From Octopus bimaculoides (taxonomy: Eukaryota), in the NCBI RefSeq assembly GCF_001194135.2, contig NC_068984.1, positions 104,880,173-104,944,172 on the forward strand: a stretch of 64,000 nt of DNA. Direction: 5' to 3'. The translations under genes and the position numbers were made by a program. How positions within the stretch are numbered: position 1 is the first letter of the stretch; every line of letters starts with the position of its first letter. This document shows, in pieces, positions 1-10,489 of this stretch. Under the pieces are notes generated by a model. That model did not search any database. It was given only the letters and a program-made list of their open reading frames with translations, and was not told the origin of the DNA.

Positions 1-370
1 ATATATATAAAATCAAAATAAGCAACAAGGATATCATTTAGAGTCAGAGGAAGAGGAGAGAGAGTAAATGACAGAGTAGTTATGGGATGAAACAAATGAG
101 AAATTTGTTTCATTTAATTTCATTTTAAAGTAATAAATATTTTTTTTTTGAAAATTAGTATTCATTTTATCATTTTGTATAAGTACCAAGAAATTTGATA
201 AAAGTGAAATTGCAATTATTGTATGCCATATTTCCTGATATTATCTATGGTTGCAAAAGTAAACAACACACTAGTTTAACCATGTTCTACTAGTGTACTT
301 TGTTGTTGTTTAGTCGCAGGTCAAACCTTATTGAGTTGATCTCTGATCAGAGGCATTTCTGCTTTGACAA

Positions 371-603
371 TTTCACCTGAAGAGGGTGCTAGAGTTTGAG
401 GTAAATGGACAGTAAAAGCGAGGTAGACCGAGGAAAATGTGAAGGGGGCAGGTGAAGGAGGAGATTGGGAGGGTTGGTTTGAGAAGGGAGGATGCCCAAA
501 ACCAGGAAAGATGGAGAGATGGTGTGACGGTGGTTGCTATGGCACTGAGGTAGATCTGGCAACCACTGTTAACAGGAACAAAACCCAGATTCAAAATGAT
601 GGA

Positions 604-607
<4 letters not shown>
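371..607 (+). mobile_element. RTE-clade LINE 3' end fragment
   Basis: Translates (with stops) RVLEFEVNGQ*KRGRPRKM*RGQVKEEIGRVGLRREDAQNQERWRDGV, the typical RTE ORF C-terminus (G.R.RGRP...W); ends in a GAT-type tail before (TA)n. Confidence 0.75.

Positions 608-660
<53 letters not shown>
607..660. repeat. (TA)n microsatellite abutting a 10-N gap (661-670)
   Basis: Direct reading. Confidence 0.95.
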
Positions 661-736
661 NNNNNNNNNNCAAAGTGACTCAAGAGCCAAGAGTTTCATA
701 CCTTGGTACTTATTAAATTTTGATAAGTTCAAATAA

Positions 737-775
<39 letters not shown>

Positions 776-1292
776 AGTTGTGTTTTGATTCCCACTTTTT
801 TTTGTTTGTACTACCAAACCTCTGCGTGCGTGCATGAGAGAGAGAGAGAGAGAGTGAGGGGGAGAAACAGATAAATATGTATTTTGAGCAATTTTCAAAC
901 CATGGTGGAATTGTTGAATTAGCCATGCAAAGAAAATGATGTATTTGTAATGGCACCAAGGAAATAAAATTACAACGAAAAAACAATGGTTGTAGGAAAT
1001 ATTCCAAATGATGTATATTTTAATCTTGTTTAATTATACTATTTTAGCTAAGAAATTGGCATTTGCTCAATCAATAGCAATAACATAATAATAACTTTTC
1101 TGATGACATTTCAATTCTCTGCATTAAATCTTCTTCTGAAGTTACCAATAAACTTAATGCTAATATCAAATTATGAAAAGAACAAAAATGCAAGCATGTG
1201 ACAAATTTAGCAATTGAAGTAAATACATGTCTGAATGTCATAAACTAATGATGTGATCTATGAATATTTTTATTAGCAATAACAATACTGAC

Positions 1293-1293
1293 T

Positions 1294-1369
<76 letters not shown>

Positions 1370-1387
1370 CTCTCTCTCTCATCTCTC

Positions 1388-1475
<88 letters not shown>

Positions 1476-1503
1476 CTCTCTCCGTCTCTCATCTCTCTCT
1501 CTC
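1293..1503. repeat. Compound (TC)n microsatellite punctuated by A (about 15-bp higher-order unit)
   Basis: Repeated tctctctctctctca units. Confidence 0.9.
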
Positions 1504-1519
1504 TCACTGTCTATCTGTT

Positions 1520-1760
1520 TCCCTTTCTCTCCGTGCTTATTCTTTCATACTACAATGGTACTTGACTCTGGAGTAGCTAGTTGCATATTTCCATCAATGC
1601 TCACCTGCCATAATTATTTCTTTTTGTATCACCCCAACTGTGTCTCTATTCACCCCAATTGCAGGCCCTGCAACAATCACTCTGCTCAATCCTCCCTCCT
1701 AGAATACCAAACTTCAAGAATTTCCACGTTACCTTTGTGTTTTATGTTTTTTTCTTAAAG
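1520..1760 (+). mobile_element. Probable CR1/L2-group LINE 3' relic
   Basis: YYNG...ASCIFPSMLTCHN...HPNCVSIHPNCR..NHSAQS resembles the post-RT C-terminus of CR1/L2-like LINEs; heavily decayed. Confidence 0.4.
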
Positions 1761-2215
1761 TCTTCCTGATGAAGATAAACACTACTGATCTGACTTACCT
1801 TGGTGTTGAAGGTGGGGGCCTATGATGATTATAGGCATAGCTCTTCTCCAGACTAAACTTTAAAAGAACAATCTAGTTTCTTTCAATAGCACAAAAATAC
1901 ACAACCACTTCTTACATCAAGGAAACAAACTTTACCTTATTCCCACCAGTCTTGGATAACATCCTAAACTTTGTAAATGTTTATTCTAACAATCTCTAAT
2001 TGTAGTAACCTTATATATTAAAGCTAAAACCTGCAACCCAAAAACTAGTTTCCCCTCTTCAAGGACAGAAAATACTCCAACTCTGACCTTCGACAAAACA
2101 TCAAATAAGACCTACAATAGAGTAGTACTCCTAGATCTAAGACAGTACAGATACTAGACATGCACATTCATTCATGCATGCATGTATACATGCACACACA
2201 CAGACACATGCGCGT

Positions 2216-2254
<39 letters not shown>

Positions 2255-2534
2255 TTTTAGACAGCACCTAAAAGAAGCCCATCAGTCTGAATAACAAACT
2301 CTCACAAGTAAACACAGGGCAAAAATATTTCCTCTCCTCCTCTGACTAATTTATTTTTAAAAGATGACCCAACTTCCCATCTGCAATCATAGTTTCACAC
2401 AGGATGTTTATCTCTGTAACCACGTACATACCCACAGATAAATGCATGATGCATAATCTTTTGTTTTTTGACTTCAAAGAAACAAACAAAATTTTAATTA
2501 TTTTTTTTTTGAGCAACAACTATAATGTGCTTAC

Positions 2535-2665
2535 CAAGAATATCCATCTGGTCCTAACTTAGTTGTAATTACTGTTCTTTTGGTCAGTATTATTTCTACT
2601 TTATCAATATTATTACTCTGGATTGCTTTCAAAAGTTTCTCATCTATTTTAGTCCAATCATATAT
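2535..2665 (-). CDS. Internal coding exon (131 nt, phase 0 to phase 2) of an ankyrin-repeat protein of the RAI14 (ankycorbin)/UACA/ANKRD24 family
   Basis: Acceptor ttttttcag| at 2666, donor TG|gtaagc at 2534. Translation IYDWTKIDEKLLKAIQSNNIDKVEIILTKRTVITTKLGPDGYS aligns without gaps to recalled RAI14 [43 protein letters not shown] and UACA DWNKYDDRLMKAAERGDVEKV. Paralogue not assignable. Confidence 0.85.
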
Positions 2666-3929
2666 CTGAAAAAAATAAAAATAAAAATAAAAACATATGC
2701 ACAATATTAGAAATAATTCTAAAAACTTTCTTGATTGGTTAGCCAAGGAATACAGAGACAGGGACAAACCAATAATAAACTCTAACAATCCAAAAGATCA
2801 TATATAAAATCCCAATATACAACTATTATATAATTTCTCTGGCCAAAGGAGAGAAATATCTATGAAATAAAACATCAAATAAATCAAAAACAAGAAAAAC
2901 TAAACAATGACAATGAATAGAAGTTGATTGCACAGATGTATTGTATGGCAACAAGCACAAAAATGCTGAATGCCAAAAATGTACATATTCCCTTCATTTT
3001 TTTTTTTATGACTGTATTCCTGTCTCTTCTTAATTCTGTTAAACTGCAATAAAATTGTCTTCCCAAAATCAACTTCAACTCATTAAATCAATGCATTAAA
3101 ATATATCTTATATTTACTTACATATATATCTTTTCATTTTCTTTCATTATATAAGCATAAACACACTGTAGTCTTTCAATTTCTTCTTAATTTCTAATAA
3201 TAAACCTATGTTGCATAAGAAATCATAGTAGAGTTGGAAGAAGCAATTGTAGGCGAACTTTATTTTGAGTAGGCATTGTGTTAAGTCTTAGATGAACTAA
3301 TTGCATTGATCAATGTGAGATCAAGTTAAAATAAGAAATAATAGGAGAGTCTGTAAGGAGAAACATTTCTTTGTTACTTTATTCTACCTTAAAAGATCCT
3401 GTTAATTAGGACAACTATTACTTGAAAATTTATGTATTTATTTTTTAACAATCTTCTCTTAACAACTGGAATCAGTTATTTTAAGATTCTTTTTTTATTG
3501 CATGCTTAGATTATCTTTTAAGTCAAGTGTGATTGCCTTGATACTAAAAATATATGAAATATACTAAAATCAAAGGAAAAGCAGAAGAAATGCCATATGT
3601 AGTCATTAATTTCTATATTAATATGTTTGTGAATAAATAACTAAATATTGATTTGATTGGAAATTGCAGCCTTTTTAAATTCAAATAATGGGTGCAGCAG
3701 TAGAAGTATTATAAAGAGAAAATGATAACAATAAATTTGTATTGAAGAGAAAAATTTCAATAACAATAATCTGTTTATCAAAATTAAACTTGATGATGGA
3801 TAGAATGAAAAATATAAAAAAAAACAAAAAACAAACCAGACTGATCATAACATTCAATTTCAAATGTGTGAATACTTGTATGAATTGATAAAACTATTTT
3901 GTCAGTTATTTATATCAATGTTTGTGGAA

Positions 3930-4360
3930 ACCATATTACAATGCTATTGTGATAGGTGTATTGTTGTATATGACAGTAAAATCATGAATGGCTTGGAAGA
4001 GAAGAGTTTGATCTGATAGGCATGTAGAATATGATCAAAGATTCAGTGATCTCCAATGATAATCAAGAATAGTTGCAAGTAGAACTTATTGAGTTGGCAT
4101 GATCACATAAATAGAATGGATTATGAGCATTGAGAAAGTGAGGAAATGTAGTTTGGCATATTATTGTTGACAAATAATCATTGCATATGATGAAGAAGAC
4201 ATTATTTGTTTTGGCGCCAACTTCAATAGAGTGAAGCAGGGCCAGAAATTAATCAGAAATTGAAATATGTTGATAGATTGACCCAGAAAGTTCATGTAAC
4301 ACCAACAAAAATTGACATTAAACCAATGATGAGAAGGAATAAATGTGAAAGAAGCAATGG
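3930..4360 (-). mobile_element. Possible very old Penelope-like RT relic
   Basis: Frameshifted reading IFVGVT*TFWVNLSTYFNF / FLINFWPCFT resembles PLE RT (YIDD.+G.TS....L..FI.F..NFHP.L.FT); weak. Confidence 0.3.
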
Positions 4361-4950
4361 GGAAAATTATTCTGGAATTATGACAAAAATTTACTTGTAT
4401 CTGGTGAATGAAAAAGAGTGAAGTCTTATTTCATATTTCAGTACAAATAAACATTTATATTTAAAGCAAACCTCTTTGATATAAAATTCCAAATGAAATG
4501 AAGTAACCAACTACACAAAATACAATGCAAAAAAAGTTGTTGTTTTTTTCTTTGTTCCTAGAAAGAACACCTAGGCTGTTAGATTAATCAAACATTATAT
4601 TCATACTACGCCACAAAAATTTGTTCAAAGAAATATTAATGTAAATAGTCAGTCAGAAAATATTTCCTTTCATTAACCAGAACCATAACATCAAAAATTA
4701 CTTTAGACGTATTATATTTTTGTAAAGTAAGCTATTTAAGCTTTATAGCTATGTTGGCAAATCTCCACCAATCCTTACAGAAAATGGAATTTTACCAGAT
4801 TTTATTTTATTTTCATTGAAATATCATTTTCTTCTTCTTCGGTGAAATCTACTCGTAAGATAATGTACCAATAACCTTTCACAGTTCTCATTGCATGTAT
4901 ATTTTGAGAATAGACAGAAAGACAATTAACAGAACCTGTAAAATATTTAC

Positions 4951-4976
4951 CTGAAATTTCATTGTCTCTACATTGT
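4951..4976 (-). CDS. Candidate 26-nt microexon of the ankyrin gene
   Basis: Acceptor ttttatctcattcttcag|, exon ACAATGTAGAGACAATGAAATTTCAG, donor CAG|gtaaat; internal ATG (4962) gives MKFQ in phase 0 with the 2665 exon. No transcript evidence. Confidence 0.3.
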
Positions 4977-5281
4977 CTGAAGAATGAGATAAAAGCTCAA
5001 ATTAAATCCAAACAGTTACAATTGTTTGACTAAAATAATCCTAGCAATAATTGGTCCAATTTCAGTTTATAGCTGGAATTTCATTTTATTTGTTTGCAGT
5101 TATATAATTGCAACATTATTTTATAGGAAATGTAAAAAATTAAACAACTTTAATAAAATGTTAGTTAAATGTATGCTTCAAAATCGAGAAATACTAGAGT
5201 AGTAAAAAAGGAAACTTCATTTACATTTCCAATAATAAGTTTTGGAAAAATATCAGCAATACTTTTGATGAAGGGTGTTGC

Positions 5282-5337
<56 letters not shown>

Positions 5338-5515
5338 AGTGTGTGTTCATGCATGCGTGTGTTTGTGTGTATGTGTGTGTGTGTGGATTAGTGAATTTTT
5401 GAGATAACAAAGTGGAAAAGAAGATACTCAATACATAAAGTAGAGAGCTTATTTTTTTTATTACAAGCAAAAGCTATGATTGAATATATATATAGAAAAC
5501 ATATGTATATTATAA

Positions 5516-5564
<49 letters not shown>

Positions 5565-5567
<3 letters not shown>

Positions 5568-6230
5568 GCTGAGGACATGCAAGAGCTTGAAAGAAATGAA
5601 GCCAGTATGCTTTGTTGGGTGGATAATGTTAGTGTGTGACAGTGTAGTGATTTAATAGAGAAAAACTGGGTATCAGACGTAGTGTGCCAGAGGGAATGCT
5701 GTTATGGTCATGTAATGTGTATGAATAAAGACATTTGCATCATGAAGTGCCAAGCTCTAATTGTGAAGAGAATGTGTGGTAGGGATAGACCCAGAAAGGT
5801 GTAGAATGAAGTGGTGAGAAAGGATCTCTAGATGTTGGGCCTCACAGAGGGGATGACAGGGGATTGAGACTTCTGACGGTTTGCTGTGCTTGAGAAGACA
5901 CATCAAGCTAATTAAATATGTAGTCATCCTTGCATACAGGCATGTTCCCTGCATTCCTCTTCAGCCAAGTGTTCCTAATCTTATGGGCTCAAGGGTGCTG
6001 GTGCCATGTAAAAAGCTCCAATGCCAGTTCCACGTAAAAGTCCCTGTGCTAGTGCTGCGTAAAAACACCCAGTACACAGTACACTCTGTAAAGTGGTTGG
6101 TATTAGGAAGGGGACCCAGTCATAGAAAACATGCCACAGCAGACATGGAGTCCAAGTAGTTCTCCAGCTAACCAGCTTCTGTCAAACCGTCCAACACATG
6201 CTAGCATGGAAAACAGATGTCAAAAAAATG
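5565..6230 (+). mobile_element. RTE LINE 3' end plus 3' UTR/tail
   Basis: EDMQELERNEASMLCW...GRDRPRKV*NEVVRKDL*MLGLTE matches the C-terminus of the copy at 18292-20295; tail ends catggaaaacagatgt. Confidence 0.8.
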
Positions 6231-6300
6231 TATAGGTGTGTATGTATATATCTATATCTAGGGGCATTGCTGATGAGAACCTAATAAAGTTATCCCTGTT

Positions 6301-6472
6301 CTATATTTAAGAGATGAGGAATTATGTGCATTATTTACATTCAACGAATATTTGTCCTCATCTTGTTTGTTGTTAATACAATGTTTTGGCTGATATACCC
6401 TTCAGCCTTCTTCAGGTGTCTTTGGGAAATTTCGAACCTGGGTTCTCATTCCTAAGGTATTTTTCAATGTTG

Positions 6473-6513
<41 letters not shown>

Positions 6514-6610
6514 GTTATTATTATTATTTTTCAGGTCACTGCTTGGAATCAAACTTGGAATCTTGGGGTTAATAGCCCATGCTCTTAACCACTACACCAT
6601 ATGCCCGCGC
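6301..6610 (-). mobile_element. tRNA-derived SINE (A/B box head, (AAT)n spacer, Penelope-like tail), left arm of an inverted dimer
   Basis: Minus strand: A box TGGTGTAGTGG (6599-6589), B-box-like AAGTTTGATTCC, (AAT)n, then tail ...gacacCTGAAGAaggctg...cagccaaaac...ggacaaatat. Confidence 0.8.
6375..6420 (-). ncRNA. Degenerate minimal type I hammerhead ribozyme motif in SINE tail (G12 mutated)
   Basis: GACAC-CUGAAGA-A-GGCUG..CAGCC-AAAA-CAUU-GUAUU; core G12 is A, likely inactive. Confidence 0.45.
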
Positions 6611-6629
6611 TCTTAGTCACTATGCCATA

Positions 6630-6872
6630 TACCAATGGGCACAGGCTACTAACCCCAAGATTCCGAGTTCGATTCCAAGCAGTGACCTGAAAAATAATAA
6701 TAATAATAATAATAACAATAATAACATCGAAAAATACCTTAGGAATGAGAATCCAGGTTTGAAATTTCCCCAAGACACCTGAAGAAGGCTGGAGGGTATA
6801 TCAGCCGAAACATGTTAACAACAAACAAGATGAGGACAAATATCCGTTGAATGTAAGTAATGTAAATAATGC
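6630..6872 (+). mobile_element. Same SINE family, right arm of the inverted dimer (A box missing)
   Basis: B box GTTCGATTC 6667-6675, (AAT)n, same tail as left arm in opposite orientation; 15-bp direct repeats at 6286-6300 and 6873-6887 flank the pair. Confidence 0.8.
6774..6816 (+). ncRNA. Degenerate minimal type I hammerhead ribozyme motif in SINE tail (stem I 3' strand lost)
   Basis: CUGAAGA 6779-6785, extra A 6786, stem II GGCUG/CAGCC, GAAA 6807-6810; downstream strand does not pair with GACAC. Confidence 0.45.
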
Positions 6873-9108
6873 AAAGTTATCCTTGTTTATATATCTACAA
6901 TACAGGTTACGAATATTATATTATACTATACCTTGATACTGTGTGAAATGAGATCCTTGTTGACAAGCCTCTGACATTAAATAAAGTGTTAACACTTATG
7001 GTATGCAAACTAGTAGCTCCAGTTCTCAGTAGCTATTGAAATTGTTTAATATATAAACAGATTGGCTGCTTGTTTTCCTGGGATTAGTCAAATTGATGAA
7101 GACACCTCTGATGGGAACCAAATAAGGTTTGAAAATTGATTAAGGCTGTTCATTATTATTTTCAGTCTATGGAGAAATAGCTAAATCATCTATTACATAG
7201 CTTATGTATATCTACGTATCTATTGATATATATAAATAAATTAATGAATGATAAACGAACAAGTATTATATAATCATTTTCATTAGCTTACAGCTGTTTC
7301 TGCTATAGGAAACATTGCACACAGAGCTGAGTGCTCACTACACTGCTTGGTTTGTTTTCATCTCAGTAACTTACAGTTTGCCAAAAGCGATCAATAGAAT
7401 ATGTACCTAACTTCAAAATGGTATTCAATGACTGAAACAAGTAAAAAGCAAAAGATATGCACCCACATAAAAGTTACATGTATATTACATATATGTGCAT
7501 ACATACATCATCTCCTTCCTCAGAGAAAGAATTTGAATAAAACAGGAGAGAATATATATATATATCATAAATATATGCATCAACTGCACAGTTTGAATAT
7601 CAAGGATTTTAATTTTCAATTTTTACACAAAATATAGCAAGACAATTCTAATTCTCTATTCACATGTTACTGCATAGTGGGTAGTGTATTCTTATTTTGG
7701 CTAAGTAGAAATTAGCTATAGAACTGAGAGTTAACATATCTTCTCAATTTCAATGTAAAAATGATTGCAACAGTTCTATTAAGAACAAAAAGAAATTTAG
7801 CAACTAAATTTTGAAAGAATTAATTTGATATGTAAAACTAAATTACTTAAAGAAAAAAAAAAAAAGAGAATCTTACATTGAATTCAGAATAAACTCAAAT
7901 TTCTGTCATGAATAAAATTGATGAAGACAAGCATATTTAATAATCTCAAATATATTTTTAATTGTGTTAAGAAATGAGATTTCTGATCATTAATAAGTAT
8001 GATGTTGAATATAATTTTATAAATACTTACATTTTATTACTAATTGTATTCTTTTGTTTTATACTCTATAAATTGCAACAAAAAGAATGGTATGTTTCTC
8101 ATAAGGTACACAATGAAATGCTTATTGTGTACTTGAACACAAGGTCTATGTCCTTGCAGTTTAGCACCTTATCCACTCAGCCCAGATGCTAATCTAATTA
8201 TGTGGAATTACTTTACCTTTGCTTCACTTCTATCTTTTAATGAAAGAAGCCACAAAGTTTGAGGGGAGGGGGTGAGAAATAAAGAAAGAAAAAGTAGGAA
8301 AGAATTAATGGGGATAGGTAGTTCCTTAGAAGATACTTTTAATAAAAGGTAGACCAAAATAAGAATTTCTAGTGGTGGTTGCTAAAAATCTTGGATATAT
8401 CCTACTGATAAAGCAACATACATACAAACACACAGACATACACACAAACGTACACATATATACATATATAAACAAGACATCAATGATTTCTAAGGATCCA
8501 ATAAAAATCTAGAAATGTTAATGTCTTTTCTTTCTGCTTGGCCCCACTGAATTTGTTAAGATTTGAAATAAGAGAATTTCTTAGGTTTCATAAAATGGCA
8601 TTGAAATTAGTTTTGAAGATGATGATGGTAATAATGATGCTGATGATAATGATGATAAAGATGTGAAAGATGAGCAGGAGGAGGGGAAGAATCATACAGA
8701 TTATGATGAGGAAGAAGAGAGAAATGGAAGATGACAGTGGTATTGTTCAAAGCAATTCTGTCAAACATATACTTGTCCAGACAAACAATGTATAATAGTT
8801 TCAAACAATGCATAAATGAAGAATTATTGTGGATTTTAATTTATGAAGATTTATTTAACAAATATTTGAACAAAAGCATTTTTTCAGCTCCTTTAACAGA
8901 ACACTGAAAAAAAACAAACTAAAAAATAAATAGAACACTGTATTACAATGCTAGAGCATAATATGTAGAAGCATGAGTTTCATCTGGTAGCAATAATAGC
9001 ATCATTGCCTTTCACATACTTTTTGGATGCTTGTGACAATATTTTCATTTTCACATGAACAAGGCTTAGAAAGTGAAGTTTTTAATCTTGTGTTTAGATC
9101 TATTTCAT

Positions 9109-9330
9109 TGTGTTGAGTCAAAAGTTACAACAAAAGAAGCCTAGCACATAAAGTAAAGGCCATCATGTTGCACCATCAGAAACCACCTCTCTGACTGTTC
9201 TTTAATCCCACACTGATACCAGCTCTTGTTCTTCAACTTCTTCACTGAAGCTTCCACTCCTGTTTGTTGATGAAGCATCCTGAACACAGAAAGTGAGTCA
9301 TGGATCAGAGCAAGTAATAATCTGAGTGAG
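9109..9330 (-). mobile_element. Mariner transposase 3' end plus terminal repeat (inverted arm)
   Basis: Minus translation VEASVKKL..KNKSWYQCGIKEQSERWFLMVQHDGLYF is a mariner C-terminus; ends in TGTGTTGAGTCAAAAGTT (9109-9126). Confidence 0.8.
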
Positions 9331-9966
9331 ATATTTTTCCACAATCCTAATGTACATAAGCTGTGTTTAAGCAAGGGCCAGCTTTCAAAACCTGTTGCCA
9401 AGCATGAGAGTTTCAAACACTAGGTGATGTTCTGTATTCAGTGGAGCCAGGAGAGGATAATTCACTATGAGTTTGTTCCTGATTGCCAAGCCATCGATGC
9501 CAACTTGTACTCTGAACAGCTAGAGCAGGTGTATGCTATTGTGTAGCAAAAATACCCAGTATTGGTTAACAAAAGGTGAGCTCTTCTGTAGCAAGATAAT
9601 ACAAGACCTCACACTGCTTGAATGACCTGGAATAAGCTCCAGGAACTTGAGAGAGTTGAACTGATGCCACACTCAGCATATAGCCCAGATCTAGTTCACT
9701 TAAATTATTAATTGTTCCAATCCATGGCTCCCTTCCTGCACTTGTGATGTTTCATCAACAAAGAAGAGGTGGAAGCTTCACTGAAGGGATTCTTTACCTC
9801 GAAGGACAAGAACTTGTATCAGATGGACTCAAAGAACTGGCTGAAGAGTGGCTTTAGACAGTGTAACACAAAGGCTTCTAAATTGAATGCAAAGCTGCTT
9901 TTATTGTAACTTGATGAATAAAGCAAATAAATTAACAAAATATTACAAAACTTTTGATTCAACACA
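9331..9966 (+). mobile_element. Mariner transposase pseudogene, catalytic-domain 3' half plus terminal repeat
   Basis: QDNTRPHTA...ELMPHSAYSPDL..Y*LFQSM (HPPYSPDL motif); terminal AACTTTTGATTCAACACA 9949-9966 followed by TA. Confidence 0.88.
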
Positions 9967-10489
9967 TAATTATTCTTCATTTACATTATATAAACATATT
10001 TTGCATTCCTCCATTGAACCCACCTACATTTCCTCTTTCTTTCTTTTTTTTTTTAATGTAGTATTATATATCTGAAGCACCATTCCCTTTTCATTGTAAA
10101 TTAATTTATCATGTATATTTTGATTAAACGATCATTAGGTAATCTTAAAACATTTTATGTACATTTATAACAATTTTCAATGTATTCAAATGAAGTTTGA
10201 TTTCCTTGTGACTTATTGAGGTTAAAAGTTAAATATTCTTGGAAGATACTTTGTTACCATTCTTTGAGCTGTTACCATTAATTAGTTTATAGTTTACATA
10301 GTCAACCTTTCCTGATTATTTCAAGTTTTCCCTGAAAGTAAGTTTCAATCAAATTCCACAAAGCAACCAAGAAAATTACTTACTAAAGGTCATTGTTCTG
10401 GATAAGCAGCAATACAGAGAGAAATCACATTCTTTATTATTGTGTGTGTGTGTGTGTGTGTGTATACATACATATATGTATACAAATGC

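Noticed and set aside
1760-1800. CCTGATGAAGAT...ATCTGAC as another hammerhead
   Set aside because: Stem II is possible but GAAA is replaced by GAC and there is no stem I partner.
1799-1857. Minus-strand exon candidate ending AAG|gtaagt as the next ankyrin exon
   Set aside because: Translation (LEKSYAYNHHRPPPSTP) is not ankyrin-like; the expected FH-containing repeat is absent.
6262-6915. Hammerhead split by the SINE dimer (CTGATGA GAACCT ... AGGTTAC GAAT after removing the insert)
   Set aside because: Core reads GAAU, stem II needs a bulge and no stem I complement follows; too weak.
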